Below, one piece after another: positions 20,326 to 29,017 of a stretch of DNA of 64,000 nucleotides. The stretch spans positions 62,001 through 126,000 of IMG/VR virus record IMGVR_UViG_3300023174_000040, one strand, 5' to 3'. The position numbers and the translations under genes are program-made. A model generated the notes under the pieces. The model worked only from the letters and a program-made list of their open reading frames with translations, ran no database searches and was not told the origin of the DNA. The first letter of the stretch is position 1. Every line of letters starts with the position of its first letter.

Positions 20326-20922
20326 ATGCTGTCTTATTTTGAATTCTATAGCGAGCAAGGAAATCCAATAGTACAGAAGGGTCTGTTTAACAGAGCCACC
20401 AGTTTTAAATTATTGGATGAAGTAAATAAGCCGAAGCCCATATATGCCTCTAGGTGGATGATAAGAAGGGATATAGAGGCTGTTACTGAAATAGCCTGTC
20501 GTGGCAAGGCCCAATCTGAAAAGAAGCGAATAAAGAGAGATTTGGAAGATTCTTTAAGCGATCCTAATATGCTCGGATTGGTTTGTGAAGATAAAGATGG
20601 AGAAATAATAGGTTTTGTCATCTTTGCTTCAACAAATACATTTTATCAAATCTTGATTTTAAACACAAAAAAGGATGCAAAAAAAGTAATCGAAAGTTTA
20701 CTCTCTAGAATATTCGAAAAACTCGGCAGCCAAGGCACCCCAAGACAAAAATGTAAAGTGGTTGTAAAAGATAATAAAAATAGTCCATCTTGGTGGTATA
20801 AATTATTAAAGGATTACGGGTTCGATGGAAGAGAAGTAGGTGAACAATGGATGTTTACATACTATAGTCAAAAGGGTTTTGGAGATGACTTTGCTCAAGG
20901 ACTCCTTGAAGACAATAGTTAA
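20326..20922 (+). CDS. GNAT/RimI-like acetyltransferase-fold protein
   Basis: RWMIRRDIEAV, GLVCEDKDGEIIGFVIF, LLKDYGF. Confidence 0.55.
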   Translation: MLSYFEFYSEQGNPIVQKGLFNRATSFKLLDEVNKPKPIYASRWMIRRDIEAVTEIACRGKAQSEKKRIKRDLEDSLSDPNMLGLVCEDKDGEIIGFVIFASTNTFYQILILNTKKDAKKVIESLLSRIFEKLGSQGTPRQKCKVVVKDNKNSPSWWYKLLKDYGFDGREVGEQWMFTYYSQKGFGDDFAQGLLEDNS

Positions 20923-20929
20923 AGAAATC

Positions 20930-20948
20930 CTTTCCCTCCGGTACGGTT
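20930..20948 (+). promoter_or_regulatory. conserved 19-nt motif copy
   Basis: ctttccctccggtacggtt upstream of 20968. Confidence 0.65.
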
Positions 20949-20967
20949 CCTGTTCAGGAGAGAAGCC

Positions 20968-21507
20968 GTGCAAATTCTAGAAAACTATAAATTCAAATCA
21001 AAGTCTAGCGAAGTCTTTGTTAAAGACTATTCATTTAATAAATTCGTGAAAGACTTCCCTGAATTCTCTGATTTACTACTCAGAATGAAAACTCATCTGA
21101 AAAATAATCATAAATATTATCTTGTGGATCTAATCATTAAAGACCACAAGAAAAATCAAAAGACTTGTGTCGATGTTCGCTATCATGTTGATGGTGAATA
21201 TGAAAGCAATAATCAATATTGTCTTTGGGTTAGTGGGCCAAATAGAACTTTGTTCCCTAAAGAACAATTTAATTTAGAGAGTTTTCCAAGTTCAAGAAAC
21301 GACCAGAATAATTTTTTGGAATTGTTCCTCAAAGATAAGGAATCTTTCGAAGTGCCAGAGGAAACTTTTGTTGTATACTCCAGCAAAGATCCCCATAAAG
21401 GTGTGGTTTGCGAAAAGGATGGCCGACGAATCTTTGTGCGTTTAATGGCAACAGATTACATAAAGCCAAAGAATTTCATCAAGAAGGGTTTCTCTCAGGT
21501 ACGGTAG
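20968..21507 (+). CDS. putative 2OG-Fe(II) oxygenase-fold protein
   Basis: HVDG (HxD), distal H in DPHKG, and RIFVR. Confidence 0.5.
   Translation: MQILENYKFKSKSSEVFVKDYSFNKFVKDFPEFSDLLLRMKTHLKNNHKYYLVDLIIKDHKKNQKTCVDVRYHVDGEYESNNQYCLWVSGPNRTLFPKEQFNLESFPSSRNDQNNFLELFLKDKESFEVPEETFVVYSSKDPHKGVVCEKDGRRIFVRLMATDYIKPKNFIKKGFSQVR
21488..21506 (+). promoter_or_regulatory. conserved 19-nt motif copy
   Basis: gtttctctcaggtacggta followed by a gtctct/agagac hairpin; upstream of 21547. Confidence 0.6.
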
Positions 21508-21546
21508 TCTCTTGTTAGAGAGACTCAAAAAACAATAGAGAGAAAC

Positions 21547-21711
21547 ATGAAAGATAAAGATTGGATCGACCAGAAGGTTCTTGAAAAGGTCATTAAGAAG
21601 AATTACGTTAATAACAAGAATAGTTTTTGCAGCGAGTGCGGTGCGTATACAAAGGAAAAGGTTTGTAGGGATTGCCTTGTTGAAAATGAATACTTGGAGT
21701 ATGTAAAGTAA
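21547..21711 (+). CDS. small CxxC-CxxC protein
   Basis: 54-aa ORF read by hand (CSECG...CRDC), below the ORF track cutoff. Confidence 0.55.
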   Translation: MKDKDWIDQKVLEKVIKKNYVNNKNSFCSECGAYTKEKVCRDCLVENEYLEYVK

Positions 21712-21718
21712 AGTAATT

Positions 21719-22348
21719 ATGTACGATAGTTTTAAATATCTTTATCCGCCTCGCCCGGAAAATGCCCTGCCGCCGGATAGAATCCCGGTGTTTGAAAAGT
21801 CGGGGTATACTGGGCAATACAAGAAGAATGGCACTTGTAGCATCTTTGCAATCAATCATCCCAAAGATTTTATTGCAATGACTCGCCACAATGATAACCA
21901 TAAACAGTGGGAATTTTCCAACTATTTTAGGGATTGTTTCACAAAGTATCTTCCGGCCGATAAGTGGCACGTTCTTGTTGGTGAAGTAATTCACAGCAAA
22001 ACAACCAGCATCAAAGACACTGTTTATATCTTTGATATTATCGTATATAACTCCGAAGAACTTTATGGAAAGACTTTTACTGAACGGCAGAATCTTCTGA
22101 GGGATATTTTCCATCCTGAAAATAAAAAAGAAGAATACAGCCACTTTGAAATTGAGCCAAGATTTTGGCTTGCAAAAAATATCGAAGAAGGTATCCTAGA
22201 TCTCTTCAACAATATCAAAGATAAAGATGTTGATGAAGGCTTTGTGTTAAAAAAGAGAGATAGCGTCCTAAAGGATTGTGCTGGTCAAAAAAGCAATAAT
22301 AGTTGGCAAATAAAATTCCGTCATCCTTCAAGGAAGTATAGGTTCTAA
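21719..22348 (+). CDS. ATP-dependent ligase-family nucleotidyltransferase (adenylation domain only)
   Basis: Motif I QYKKNG, LVGE, IFDII, EGFVLK, WQIKFR; no OB domain. Confidence 0.7.
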   Translation: MYDSFKYLYPPRPENALPPDRIPVFEKSGYTGQYKKNGTCSIFAINHPKDFIAMTRHNDNHKQWEFSNYFRDCFTKYLPADKWHVLVGEVIHSKTTSIKDTVYIFDIIVYNSEELYGKTFTERQNLLRDIFHPENKKEEYSHFEIEPRFWLAKNIEEGILDLFNNIKDKDVDEGFVLKKRDSVLKDCAGQKSNNSWQIKFRHPSRKYRF

Positions 22349-22349
22349 A

Positions 22350-23072
22350 ATGCTTGAGTTTTACAAGAACAGCGATATTCGGGAAGAACTCAAGAATATT
22401 CTCAGCGATAGGCAACTGATCAGTTCGCTCTTTAGAAGCGTTCCTGAACTTGAGTCAATTGGTTTCTCTGTAACCAATGAGTATGACGATAGCAACTATT
22501 ATGATAGTGTAAGACTTGAAAGCGTCAATGGTTATTCTTGGAATCCTTATGAAGATGATTATGATGATGATTATGATTCAAGCAATAGCCCTACCGGCAA
22601 GAAGTTAGACGAGGAAATTGCACGGGCTTGTGCGAGTTTAATTGAAGAAGTAGGCAAAGATTTTGGATACGGAGATGAAAACTCTCTTCTAAGATCGGAT
22701 TACACCTCGCCCAGTTCTACAACTAAGCCCTACAGAGAATTTAATAGGTTTATTCTCGATCTTGCTGCTGGAAATAAGCTAAAGGACGAATCTATTCTGG
22801 CTAAGATCGCATCAAAATTTGATCCAAAGTGGGCCTTGTATTACGCCTTTGATCATGGAAGAATGAACAAAGAAATTGAGGACAAGATCTTCCTTAAAAA
22901 GGGAAACATGAGGGAAGCCTACCTTTATAGTGTTCATGTTTTAAAGGATGTTCTTCCAAAGAACATTGAGGATTTTCATATTCTTAATTCTTTTGGAAAG
23001 AAAAAGGAATCCTCTGATCAGGAATATCTTAATAAGTATCTTGAATTCAAGAAAACATTAGTTGTTGAATAA
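22350..23072 (+). CDS. hypothetical protein
   Basis: 240-aa ORF directly after the ligase-like gene. Confidence 0.75.
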   Translation: MLEFYKNSDIREELKNILSDRQLISSLFRSVPELESIGFSVTNEYDDSNYYDSVRLESVNGYSWNPYEDDYDDDYDSSNSPTGKKLDEEIARACASLIEEVGKDFGYGDENSLLRSDYTSPSSTTKPYREFNRFILDLAAGNKLKDESILAKIASKFDPKWALYYAFDHGRMNKEIEDKIFLKKGNMREAYLYSVHVLKDVLPKNIEDFHILNSFGKKKESSDQEYLNKYLEFKKTLVVE

Positions 23073-23425
23073 TTTTCAACCTTATCAAAAAATCTAACTT
23101 CGGCCAAATTTGATCCTACTACTTTTTTGTTTTCATATTCTTTTCCAATAACGATAATATTAACCCCTTGATCAGACAGTAGTTTCTCCATTTCCTCTTC
23201 ACTATCAAATACAAATACGCTATCTACGTGTTTGATGCTGAGGAGAAACTCTTTTCTATTTTCTTCTTTATTGAAAGGTCTATCTTTGCCTTTTAATAAA
23301 GAAACTCTTTGATCGCTATCTATTCCAACGATTAATCTGTCTCCAAGACTCTTTGCATATTCCATAAGTCTAATATGGCCTATATGTAAAATATCATAGC
23401 ATCCGTTAGTCCAAATTGTTTTCAT
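23018..23425 (-). CDS. cytidylyltransferase-family nucleotidyltransferase (RfaE domain II / HldC-like)
   Basis: MKTIWTNGCYDILHIGH, LIVGIDSD, KGKDRPFN, YSTT. Confidence 0.85.
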   Translation of the reverse strand: MKTIWTNGCYDILHIGHIRLMEYAKSLGDRLIVGIDSDQRVSLLKGKDRPFNKEENRKEFLLSIKHVDSVFVFDSEEEMEKLLSDQGVNIIVIGKEYENKKVVGSNLAEVRFFDKVENYSTTNVFLNSRYLLRYS

Positions 23426-24162
23426 GGAGTTGATACTCCAAATTGACTGACTACCTTCAAAGAGCATTGGTTTGCGAATCTTATGCTCTTTTCTATATTC
23501 TTGGTTTTCATATAGCCCACAACAAATGCAGCAAGAAAAGTATCTCCTGCGCCGCAAACATCCCTAATCTCAACTTTCCTTGTTGGATATTTTTTTATTT
23601 TTTGTTTGTGGAAGTGTATTGCCCCATTCTCCCCGTCTGTAACTACTAGGTGGCAACAATCAGGGAATTTTAAGCCTTGAATGTTATTCAGGTATTCTTT
23701 TTGATTTACCTTCAAGAAGTCAATAAAGGATAAATCTTTTGGTTTTCTTTTTGTATCCATGAACCTAACAGCACTGTTTTTGCATATAAGTTCTAAATCA
23801 GGTTCTTGTAAAAACCCTTTGTTATAATCTGATATTACTATTGCATCATATTTTTGATGTTTGTATTTTTTAGTGTTTATTCTTTCGCAACTATCGTGAA
23901 CATCTTCTCTAAAGACTATTGAATTATATCTTGTATCAATAAATCTTCTTTTTATTATCTTTTGTTTATTTGTTATTAAATCCACATCTGCAGAAGGCAA
24001 TAAAGAAAGAATATTTCTAACGACATTTGCCGCCATGCCATCTGTCGAGTTCTTCTTTCCATTATTTTTAAAACACAATGCAGGGGCTTCTGGACATACT
24101 CTTTCGCATGTCCCGTAGATGTATTCGTCAGAGCAGGATTCGCCAACTACTAATATTCTCAT
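23422..24162 (-). CDS. PfkB-family sugar kinase (RfaE domain I / HldA-like)
   Basis: ILVVGE...D.YIYG...RVCPEAP, AIVISDYNKG, LKVN, DVCGAGDTF. Confidence 0.85.
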   Translation of the reverse strand: MRILVVGESCSDEYIYGTCERVCPEAPALCFKNNGKKNSTDGMAANVVRNILSLLPSADVDLITNKQKIIKRRFIDTRYNSIVFREDVHDSCERINTKKYKHQKYDAIVISDYNKGFLQEPDLELICKNSAVRFMDTKRKPKDLSFIDFLKVNQKEYLNNIQGLKFPDCCHLVVTDGENGAIHFHKQKIKKYPTRKVEIRDVCGAGDTFLAAFVVGYMKTKNIEKSIRFANQCSLKVVSQFGVSTP

Positions 24163-24210
24163 ATCCCCATTTTTTGTTGACTATTTTAGTATCCACAGTA
24201 TAATAATAGC

Positions 24211-24555
24211 ATGAAATGCCCAATTTGTCAACAAAAGATGGATCTCGTAGTTACTAGTCACAAAAATAAACCTTTTGTGGATAATAATCTATATCCAAAG
24301 ATGTGTTTTGCTTGCTATAGTGTTCCTAAAACCCTAAAGCAGACTCTAGATAAAGAAGGAAATATAAAAGAACAAATAGAATTGGAATATTCTATAGAAA
24401 ATCTACATTCAGCCCAAGAACTTTTTGATCAAGGTTCTGCTGATAATCTTAATCAGGCAAAAAAATCAGTGCAGAGTGTAAAAGCTTTGAATGTTTTAAA
24501 AGTAAAAAAAGAAACTAAGAAAGATAAACCAAAATTAGACTGCCACTTGATCTAA
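24211..24555 (+). CDS. hypothetical zinc-finger protein
   Basis: CPICQ...CFAC. Confidence 0.65.
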   Translation: MKCPICQQKMDLVVTSHKNKPFVDNNLYPKMCFACYSVPKTLKQTLDKEGNIKEQIELEYSIENLHSAQELFDQGSADNLNQAKKSVQSVKALNVLKVKKETKKDKPKLDCHLI

Positions 24556-26400
24556 GTGCTTATTAATTAGATTTTCTATTTTGGCATAGTCCGACATTCT
24601 ATAGTCTGTGTGCTTTTGGTTCATGCTCTTATTGTTATCGGGATGCAGATAATAATCTTTCAATAATTTGGCTAATTCTTTTTGACCTTCGGTTCCCTTT
24701 TTTTCAAAAATTTCATCAAACATTCTGCTTATAGAATCGTGCCATAATTTACTTACATTTTCTTTACCAAGCATCTTGATCATTCTAAACATGTAATCAG
24801 ATGGCCTGTCGCTTCGCCACCCGTTTTCGTTAAGAAGTATCGCAGAAACTGAGCCCATATTGAACACCGATCCAGCATCCAGGAACTCTTTAACCAGATA
24901 TTCCATATTTTCTCGAGAATCTCTTGCTCGAAGATATTTGCTCCTAAACACTGAGTCAACTTCACTTGGAAGCAAACCTTTAATATTTTCTCTTCCAAGA
25001 ATATTAAGTGTTTCTTTGATATTATCCGAATGAACAATCCAACCCACAATCTCTCCTGGGCTTGTTTTTAATTTACTTATTACTTCAGGCCCTAATAGTT
25101 TTGCCATTTCTGTTTTATTTGTAGACCTTTTTATAATTCCAATTATATGAATCCCTTGCATTTTAGTTAGATTATTTTTACCAATAATATCCACCATTTG
25201 ATATGTATCTAATTTTGTATCAAGCCTGCTATTTCCCGAATGGGACTTTGCTTTCGCCAGTGGCGGCGAATTAGAAATGAGATCATGAATTTGCGATCCA
25301 ACCAATTCGCCCGTATGGTCAGCGACCATTTTCTTAACAGCAGGATTATTGATATTTGATGAATTTATATTCCAAAGAAAATCATGCATATTAAATGAAT
25401 CGAAATTAATATTTAAATCCTTGATCATAGATGCTATCTTGAAAAAATCATCTCTACGATACACTCCGGAGTTATTGTTAATAATTTCCGCTAAATTCCG
25501 GCCTGATATATTTTTCTTTAGATCTTTATCTATTAATGGATTCAAAAATGTGGAACTATCAAATTTTAACCTGATGTTATAACAACTGCTTGCTCCGTTT
25601 GCATATTTCTTTAAAAAGTCATAATATTTCACATCTAATTCTTCAACATGGTTGTCTTCAACATCCATGAATTGATGACTATCTTCTCCCTCATCTAAAC
25701 AATTCACAAATTGATACACTGGTTTATCTTTATCATGGATAATATAAATATTATTTCCTAAGTAGCTTTCATGATAATCTCCATCTGGTGCTGCGGTACA
25801 CCATTGGGTCCCTTTACCATAACTGCATAATATTCTTTTTCTGGCTTTTATTTCATTTTCATCTTTTGGTAATCCGTGTTCTGTTCCACTTCCCAACGCC
25901 GGTAGAAAATAAAGTTTTAAATCAGCGTCTGTGGCAACCAATTCTATTAGCTTATCATCACCCTCTAGTGTCTCGCCACTTTTTCTTAATTTTCTTTCTT
26001 GTCTATTGCTTATCTCTTGACTTGCTTTTATGTATTCTTCAACTTTTTCTTTGATTTCTTGTCCAACCTTAAACCAACCTTTAACTCCTATTTCACTTTT
26101 AGGCAATTTGCCGCTATCAATCATTTTTTTGGCAACATTGATTGAAATTTCCAAATCTTCTTTTCTGTATCTTTTTACGCTCCAATAACCCATTGCAAAA
26201 CTAAACCAATTAAAGTTTTCAAGATTCTTTTCTTTTAAAACCTGAATTATGATATCCTTAGGAGGAAATAATACTATTTGAGGATGAGCATCCAAATATC
26301 TTTTTTCTTCTGGTTTGGCGTATTTTACTAGATTAGCCAGGTACGCATCAAAGTCAGAAGCTATATTTTCGTTTAAAAAGAACCAGTTCTTAAAATTCAT
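24535..26400 (-). CDS. large hypothetical phage protein
   Basis: 621-aa ORF; MNFKNWFFLNE start, GTQWCTA motif, repetitive helical C-terminus. Confidence 0.8.
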   Translation of the reverse strand: MNFKNWFFLNENIASDFDAYLANLVKYAKPEEKRYLDAHPQIVLFPPKDIIIQVLKEKNLENFNWFSFAMGYWSVKRYRKEDLEISINVAKKMIDSGKLPKSEIGVKGWFKVGQEIKEKVEEYIKASQEISNRQERKLRKSGETLEGDDKLIELVATDADLKLYFLPALGSGTEHGLPKDENEIKARKRILCSYGKGTQWCTAAPDGDYHESYLGNNIYIIHDKDKPVYQFVNCLDEGEDSHQFMDVEDNHVEELDVKYYDFLKKYANGASSCYNIRLKFDSSTFLNPLIDKDLKKNISGRNLAEIINNNSGVYRRDDFFKIASMIKDLNINFDSFNMHDFLWNINSSNINNPAVKKMVADHTGELVGSQIHDLISNSPPLAKAKSHSGNSRLDTKLDTYQMVDIIGKNNLTKMQGIHIIGIIKRSTNKTEMAKLLGPEVISKLKTSPGEIVGWIVHSDNIKETLNILGRENIKGLLPSEVDSVFRSKYLRARDSRENMEYLVKEFLDAGSVFNMGSVSAILLNENGWRSDRPSDYMFRMIKMLGKENVSKLWHDSISRMFDEIFEKKGTEGQKELAKLLKDYYLHPDNNKSMNQKHTDYRMSDYAKIENLINKHLDQVAV

Positions 26401-26452
26401 GATACTTTATTTAGATATTTGAGTTTGTTTTTATTCTCTGTATAATAGGGGG

Positions 26453-26689
26453 ATGACCTACACAGAAAAAGAATACGAACTGGCGATGAGATATGTTAAT
26501 GGTGACATAAACGATGTCCAGTTGAATTATTTAGCCGTTCAGGGCAAAACAACTGAAAAAAGAATAAGAGAAATAGCCGAATATGTCAATTTCGTGAGTC
26601 CGTTTTTAATTGCATCCGGACTAATCTTGGCTTTTCTGGCTTTTCACCTAGTCTTTTGTTTTCTATGTGTTGTTTTTAATTTCAAATAA
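26453..26689 (+). CDS. small membrane protein
   Basis: C-terminal hydrophobic helix. Confidence 0.6.
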   Translation: MTYTEKEYELAMRYVNGDINDVQLNYLAVQGKTTEKRIREIAEYVNFVSPFLIASGLILAFLAFHLVFCFLCVVFNFK

Positions 26690-26729
26690 CTAATTTTTTC
26701 CGGGAAATCGTAGACGACCGGCAAACTGC

Positions 26730-27101
26730 TCAGTCTCTTATATTTTCGATATTAAATAGCCAGTTCTTAAAACTCTCTCTCCAATACATAGTAGATGCTA
26801 CCGGACTACTGAGAGTATAGTCCATATTTCTTCCGCTATTCTTTACAAATCCTAATTTTTTGTAGAATCTATTCAAAGCTTCTTTCTTACCTTTATCTGC
26901 TTCTGGTCTGATCACAATAGGCTTACCAACTCTTTTTGCATAATCCTGCAACATTCTGATTATATCTGAACCAACACCACTGTTTTGTTTTTCCTCTGGT
27001 ATTTTGACTGTCTCCAATTCGATTTTATGTTTATCTTCAAATGCAGAAACATTTGCGAACGGGTATTTTTGATTTATTTTGTCCAAAACAAGGTCTAGCA
27101 T
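26730..27101 (-). CDS. GNAT-family acetyltransferase
   Basis: QNSGVGSDIIRML (Q/RxxGxG) and LNRFYKKLGF; real start MLDLV, the upstream part is a shadow of the + strand gene. Confidence 0.75.
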   Translation of the reverse strand: MLDLVLDKINQKYPFANVSAFEDKHKIELETVKIPEEKQNSGVGSDIIRMLQDYAKRVGKPIVIRPEADKGKKEALNRFYKKLGFVKNSGRNMDYTLSSPVASTMYWRESFKNWLFNIENIRD

Positions 27102-27213
27102 AATATTATCTATCTTTTTATTCAAAAAAAATACAGAGATTGCTCTTGACCCTGAACGCCTTTTTGCTACAATGCTCACTGTTCGAGGACGATTTTTAAC
27201 CAAAGGAGTAGAT

Positions 27214-27603
27214 ATGATTAAGTTTCTTAGTTTTGTTTCTTGTTTAGTGGTTTGTGCTGGATCGTATGCCGGCCAGACCAGTATTGATAGCACCGATACA
27301 TCAGTTTCGGTTCTCAGGACCGATAGCATTGCCCCTGCTGCAACAACTGCCGCCCCAGTTGCTATCGCTAATTGCTGCAACACTTGCAATAGTTGTAATG
27401 ATGGTTGCATCAACAACTGTGATAGTTGCTGCAAGAAGCGTGAAAGGGCTTTCAGCCGCTCCCGCACTCATACTGAGAATGTAACCTGCCAGAACTGCCA
27501 GCAGGTTAAAGAGGAGACGGATACCGTTGAGACTAGTCGCAAGCGACTCAATGGTAGTGTAATCAAGAGAAGTCGTAGCCGTACTTCCGTTTCGGTACGG
27601 TAA
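27214..27603 (+). CDS. secreted Cys-rich, basic low-complexity protein
   Basis: aaggag RBS, signal peptide MIKFLSFVSCLVVCAGSYA, CCNTCNSC repeats, RSR-rich tail. Confidence 0.75.
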   Translation: MIKFLSFVSCLVVCAGSYAGQTSIDSTDTSVSVLRTDSIAPAATTAAPVAIANCCNTCNSCNDGCINNCDSCCKKRERAFSRSRTHTENVTCQNCQQVKEETDTVETSRKRLNGSVIKRSRSRTSVSVR

Positions 27604-27617
27604 CTGCTTGTCCCGCC

Positions 27618-27718
27618 ACCCCCTTGCTCGTGTCTCCCGTGTTCAACCCGCACGGTCAACGTAGCATATCACGGTTCTCCTGCACAACCAGATATGCCGA
27701 GACTCCGAGCAAGGGGGT
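27618..27718 (+). ncRNA. candidate structured non-coding RNA (three-way junction)
   Basis: 13-bp outer stem acccccttgctcg/cgagcaagggggt, plus gtctc/gagac, ccgtg/cacgg and gcatatc/gatatgc; follows a motif copy at 27584-27602 and ends in a T-run. Confidence 0.55.
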
Positions 27719-27735
27719 TTTTTATTTTAAAAAAT

Positions 27736-27933
27736 ATGAGAGAATTAAACTCTGAGGACTTGAGTAAGTTCGCAACCAATAACGGTTTCATCCTTAAAAA
27801 AAAAGATGAAGAATATGAACTTTATAGCAAAACAGAAGATAAGGTTCTGCTTTTCAAGAGTGTAAAAGAAACATTTAGAAGAATCTCTGACGAAATTAAT
27901 ACTTTAAAGAAAACGAAAAATGTCCTACATTGA
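27736..27933 (+). CDS. hypothetical protein
   Basis: Start MRELNSE within ORF 27694..27933. Confidence 0.6.
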   Translation: MRELNSEDLSKFATNNGFILKKKDEEYELYSKTEDKVLLFKSVKETFRRISDEINTLKKTKNVLH

Positions 27934-28291
27934 CAACAGTAAGGAAATCAAAGAGACTATTCTCAAGTTGAATAGCCTATGTGAAGCAAATAAAGAAATT
28001 TATATCAATCAACTAGATCACAAGGCTAATCTTAGTTCTGCTCTTTTCAAGATCAAGAATAATCTTGAAAGGCTAGTTAAGAATCCAAAAGACTTGCCAG
28101 AAGTTATTTTCAATTGCTTTGAAATTGCAAAGCCATTGACACCATACTATAGCACCGATCTTGGTAAAAACAAAATTGATCAGCCATTGACCAACGAAGA
28201 AAAATTAGGTTTTCTTGAGAAGTTGGAAAAGTTTCAAGTCACAGATGAAATGAAAGAAAAATATAAAGGAACAGTCAATCAAGGAGGTTAG
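27920..28291 (+). CDS. hypothetical protein
   Basis: 123-aa ORF. Confidence 0.7.
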   Translation: MSYIDNSKEIKETILKLNSLCEANKEIYINQLDHKANLSSALFKIKNNLERLVKNPKDLPEVIFNCFEIAKPLTPYYSTDLGKNKIDQPLTNEEKLGFLEKLEKFQVTDEMKEKYKGTVNQGG

Positions 28292-28292
28292 T

Positions 28293-28487
28293 GTGAACTC
28301 TGATTATCGGGTTGTAAATATTGGTGAGGTCAAGGACTATTTCATTATTCAAGAAGTTTACTATAATGATAATGAAGAAGTAATCAGTGCGACAAATGCA
28401 AGCCCCTGTGGAAATTCAATTGAAGAACTGGTACAATTTGCCGATTGTGTTTTAAAGGCAAGTAAAAAACCAGTCCTAAAATTGTAA
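28293..28487 (+). CDS. hypothetical phage protein (YRV...EVYY family)
   Basis: Resembles 54455..54691. Confidence 0.65.
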   Translation: MNSDYRVVNIGEVKDYFIIQEVYYNDNEEVISATNASPCGNSIEELVQFADCVLKASKKPVLKL

Positions 28488-28541
28488 AGAAGGGGATAAA
28501 AGGTTTAAAGGTTGATTTTGGTTTGATTTAGGTTGATTTTT

Positions 28542-28818
28542 GGCCCAGTAGCTCAATTGGATAAGAGCAACAGCCTTCGTGAAATAGGAGTGCTTAAAGA
28601 GAAATCTTTAATGTAGAATCGCTTAAATTCGGTGAAGGCTTAACTGCTAATACCGAGCCAAGCCTAAGCAATTAGGAAGGTGTAGAGACTTAACAGGCGA
28701 CACCTAAAGTTGAAAGACAATGGTGAAGATAAAGTCCAGACCACAAACAGTAATGGTAGTGAAAACTATAGTGGTACCGCTAAGCTGTAGGTTCCAAGTT
28801 CGATCCTTGGCTGGGTCA
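28542..28818 (+). tRNA. tRNA-Arg(UCU) interrupted by a group I intron
   Basis: Exons 28542-28577 and 28780-28818 join into a cloverleaf (GGCCCAG/CTGGGTC, ACAGC-CTTCTAA-GCTGT, TTCGATC loop). Confidence 0.9.
28578..28779 (+). ncRNA. group I self-splicing intron (202 nt, no ORF)
   Basis: Core motifs aaattcggtgaa, aataccgagcc, gtagagact, aaagtcc; terminal G; P1 CTTC/GGAG with a U-G wobble at U28577. Confidence 0.9.
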
Positions 28819-28876
28819 TTTTGTTTTGTTTTGAAAAAGAGCAAAGTATTTACTATTAATATTTTGTAGTAATCAC

Positions 28877-29016
28877 ACAAGAGTAGCTCAACGGGTAGAG
28901 CGTTTGACTGTCCAAAGCCACTGAATTGAAGCTCAAAAAAGCTGGCAATCTATCGGGTTCAATACCCAAACAGTGGATTAATCAAATGGTTGCAAGTTCG
29001 AATCTTGCCTCTTGTG
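28877..29016 (+). tRNA. tRNA-Asn(GUU) with a 67-nt anticodon-loop insertion
   Basis: ACAAGAG/CTCTTGT acceptor with G73, D- and T-arms intact; removing 28911-28977 restores TTTGA-CTGTTAA-TCAAA. Confidence 0.8.
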
Positions 29017-29017
29017 C

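Noticed and set aside
28505-28541. Short ggttgatttt-like repeats before tRNA-Arg
   Set aside because: There are three imperfect low-complexity copies, consistent with G/T-rich spacer DNA.
28908-28986. Archaeal-type bulge-helix-bulge splice motif in the tRNA-Asn insert
   Set aside because: A tcca/tgga 4-bp helix with 3-nt flanks exists, but canonical BHB cleavage would not regenerate a 7-nt anticodon loop.
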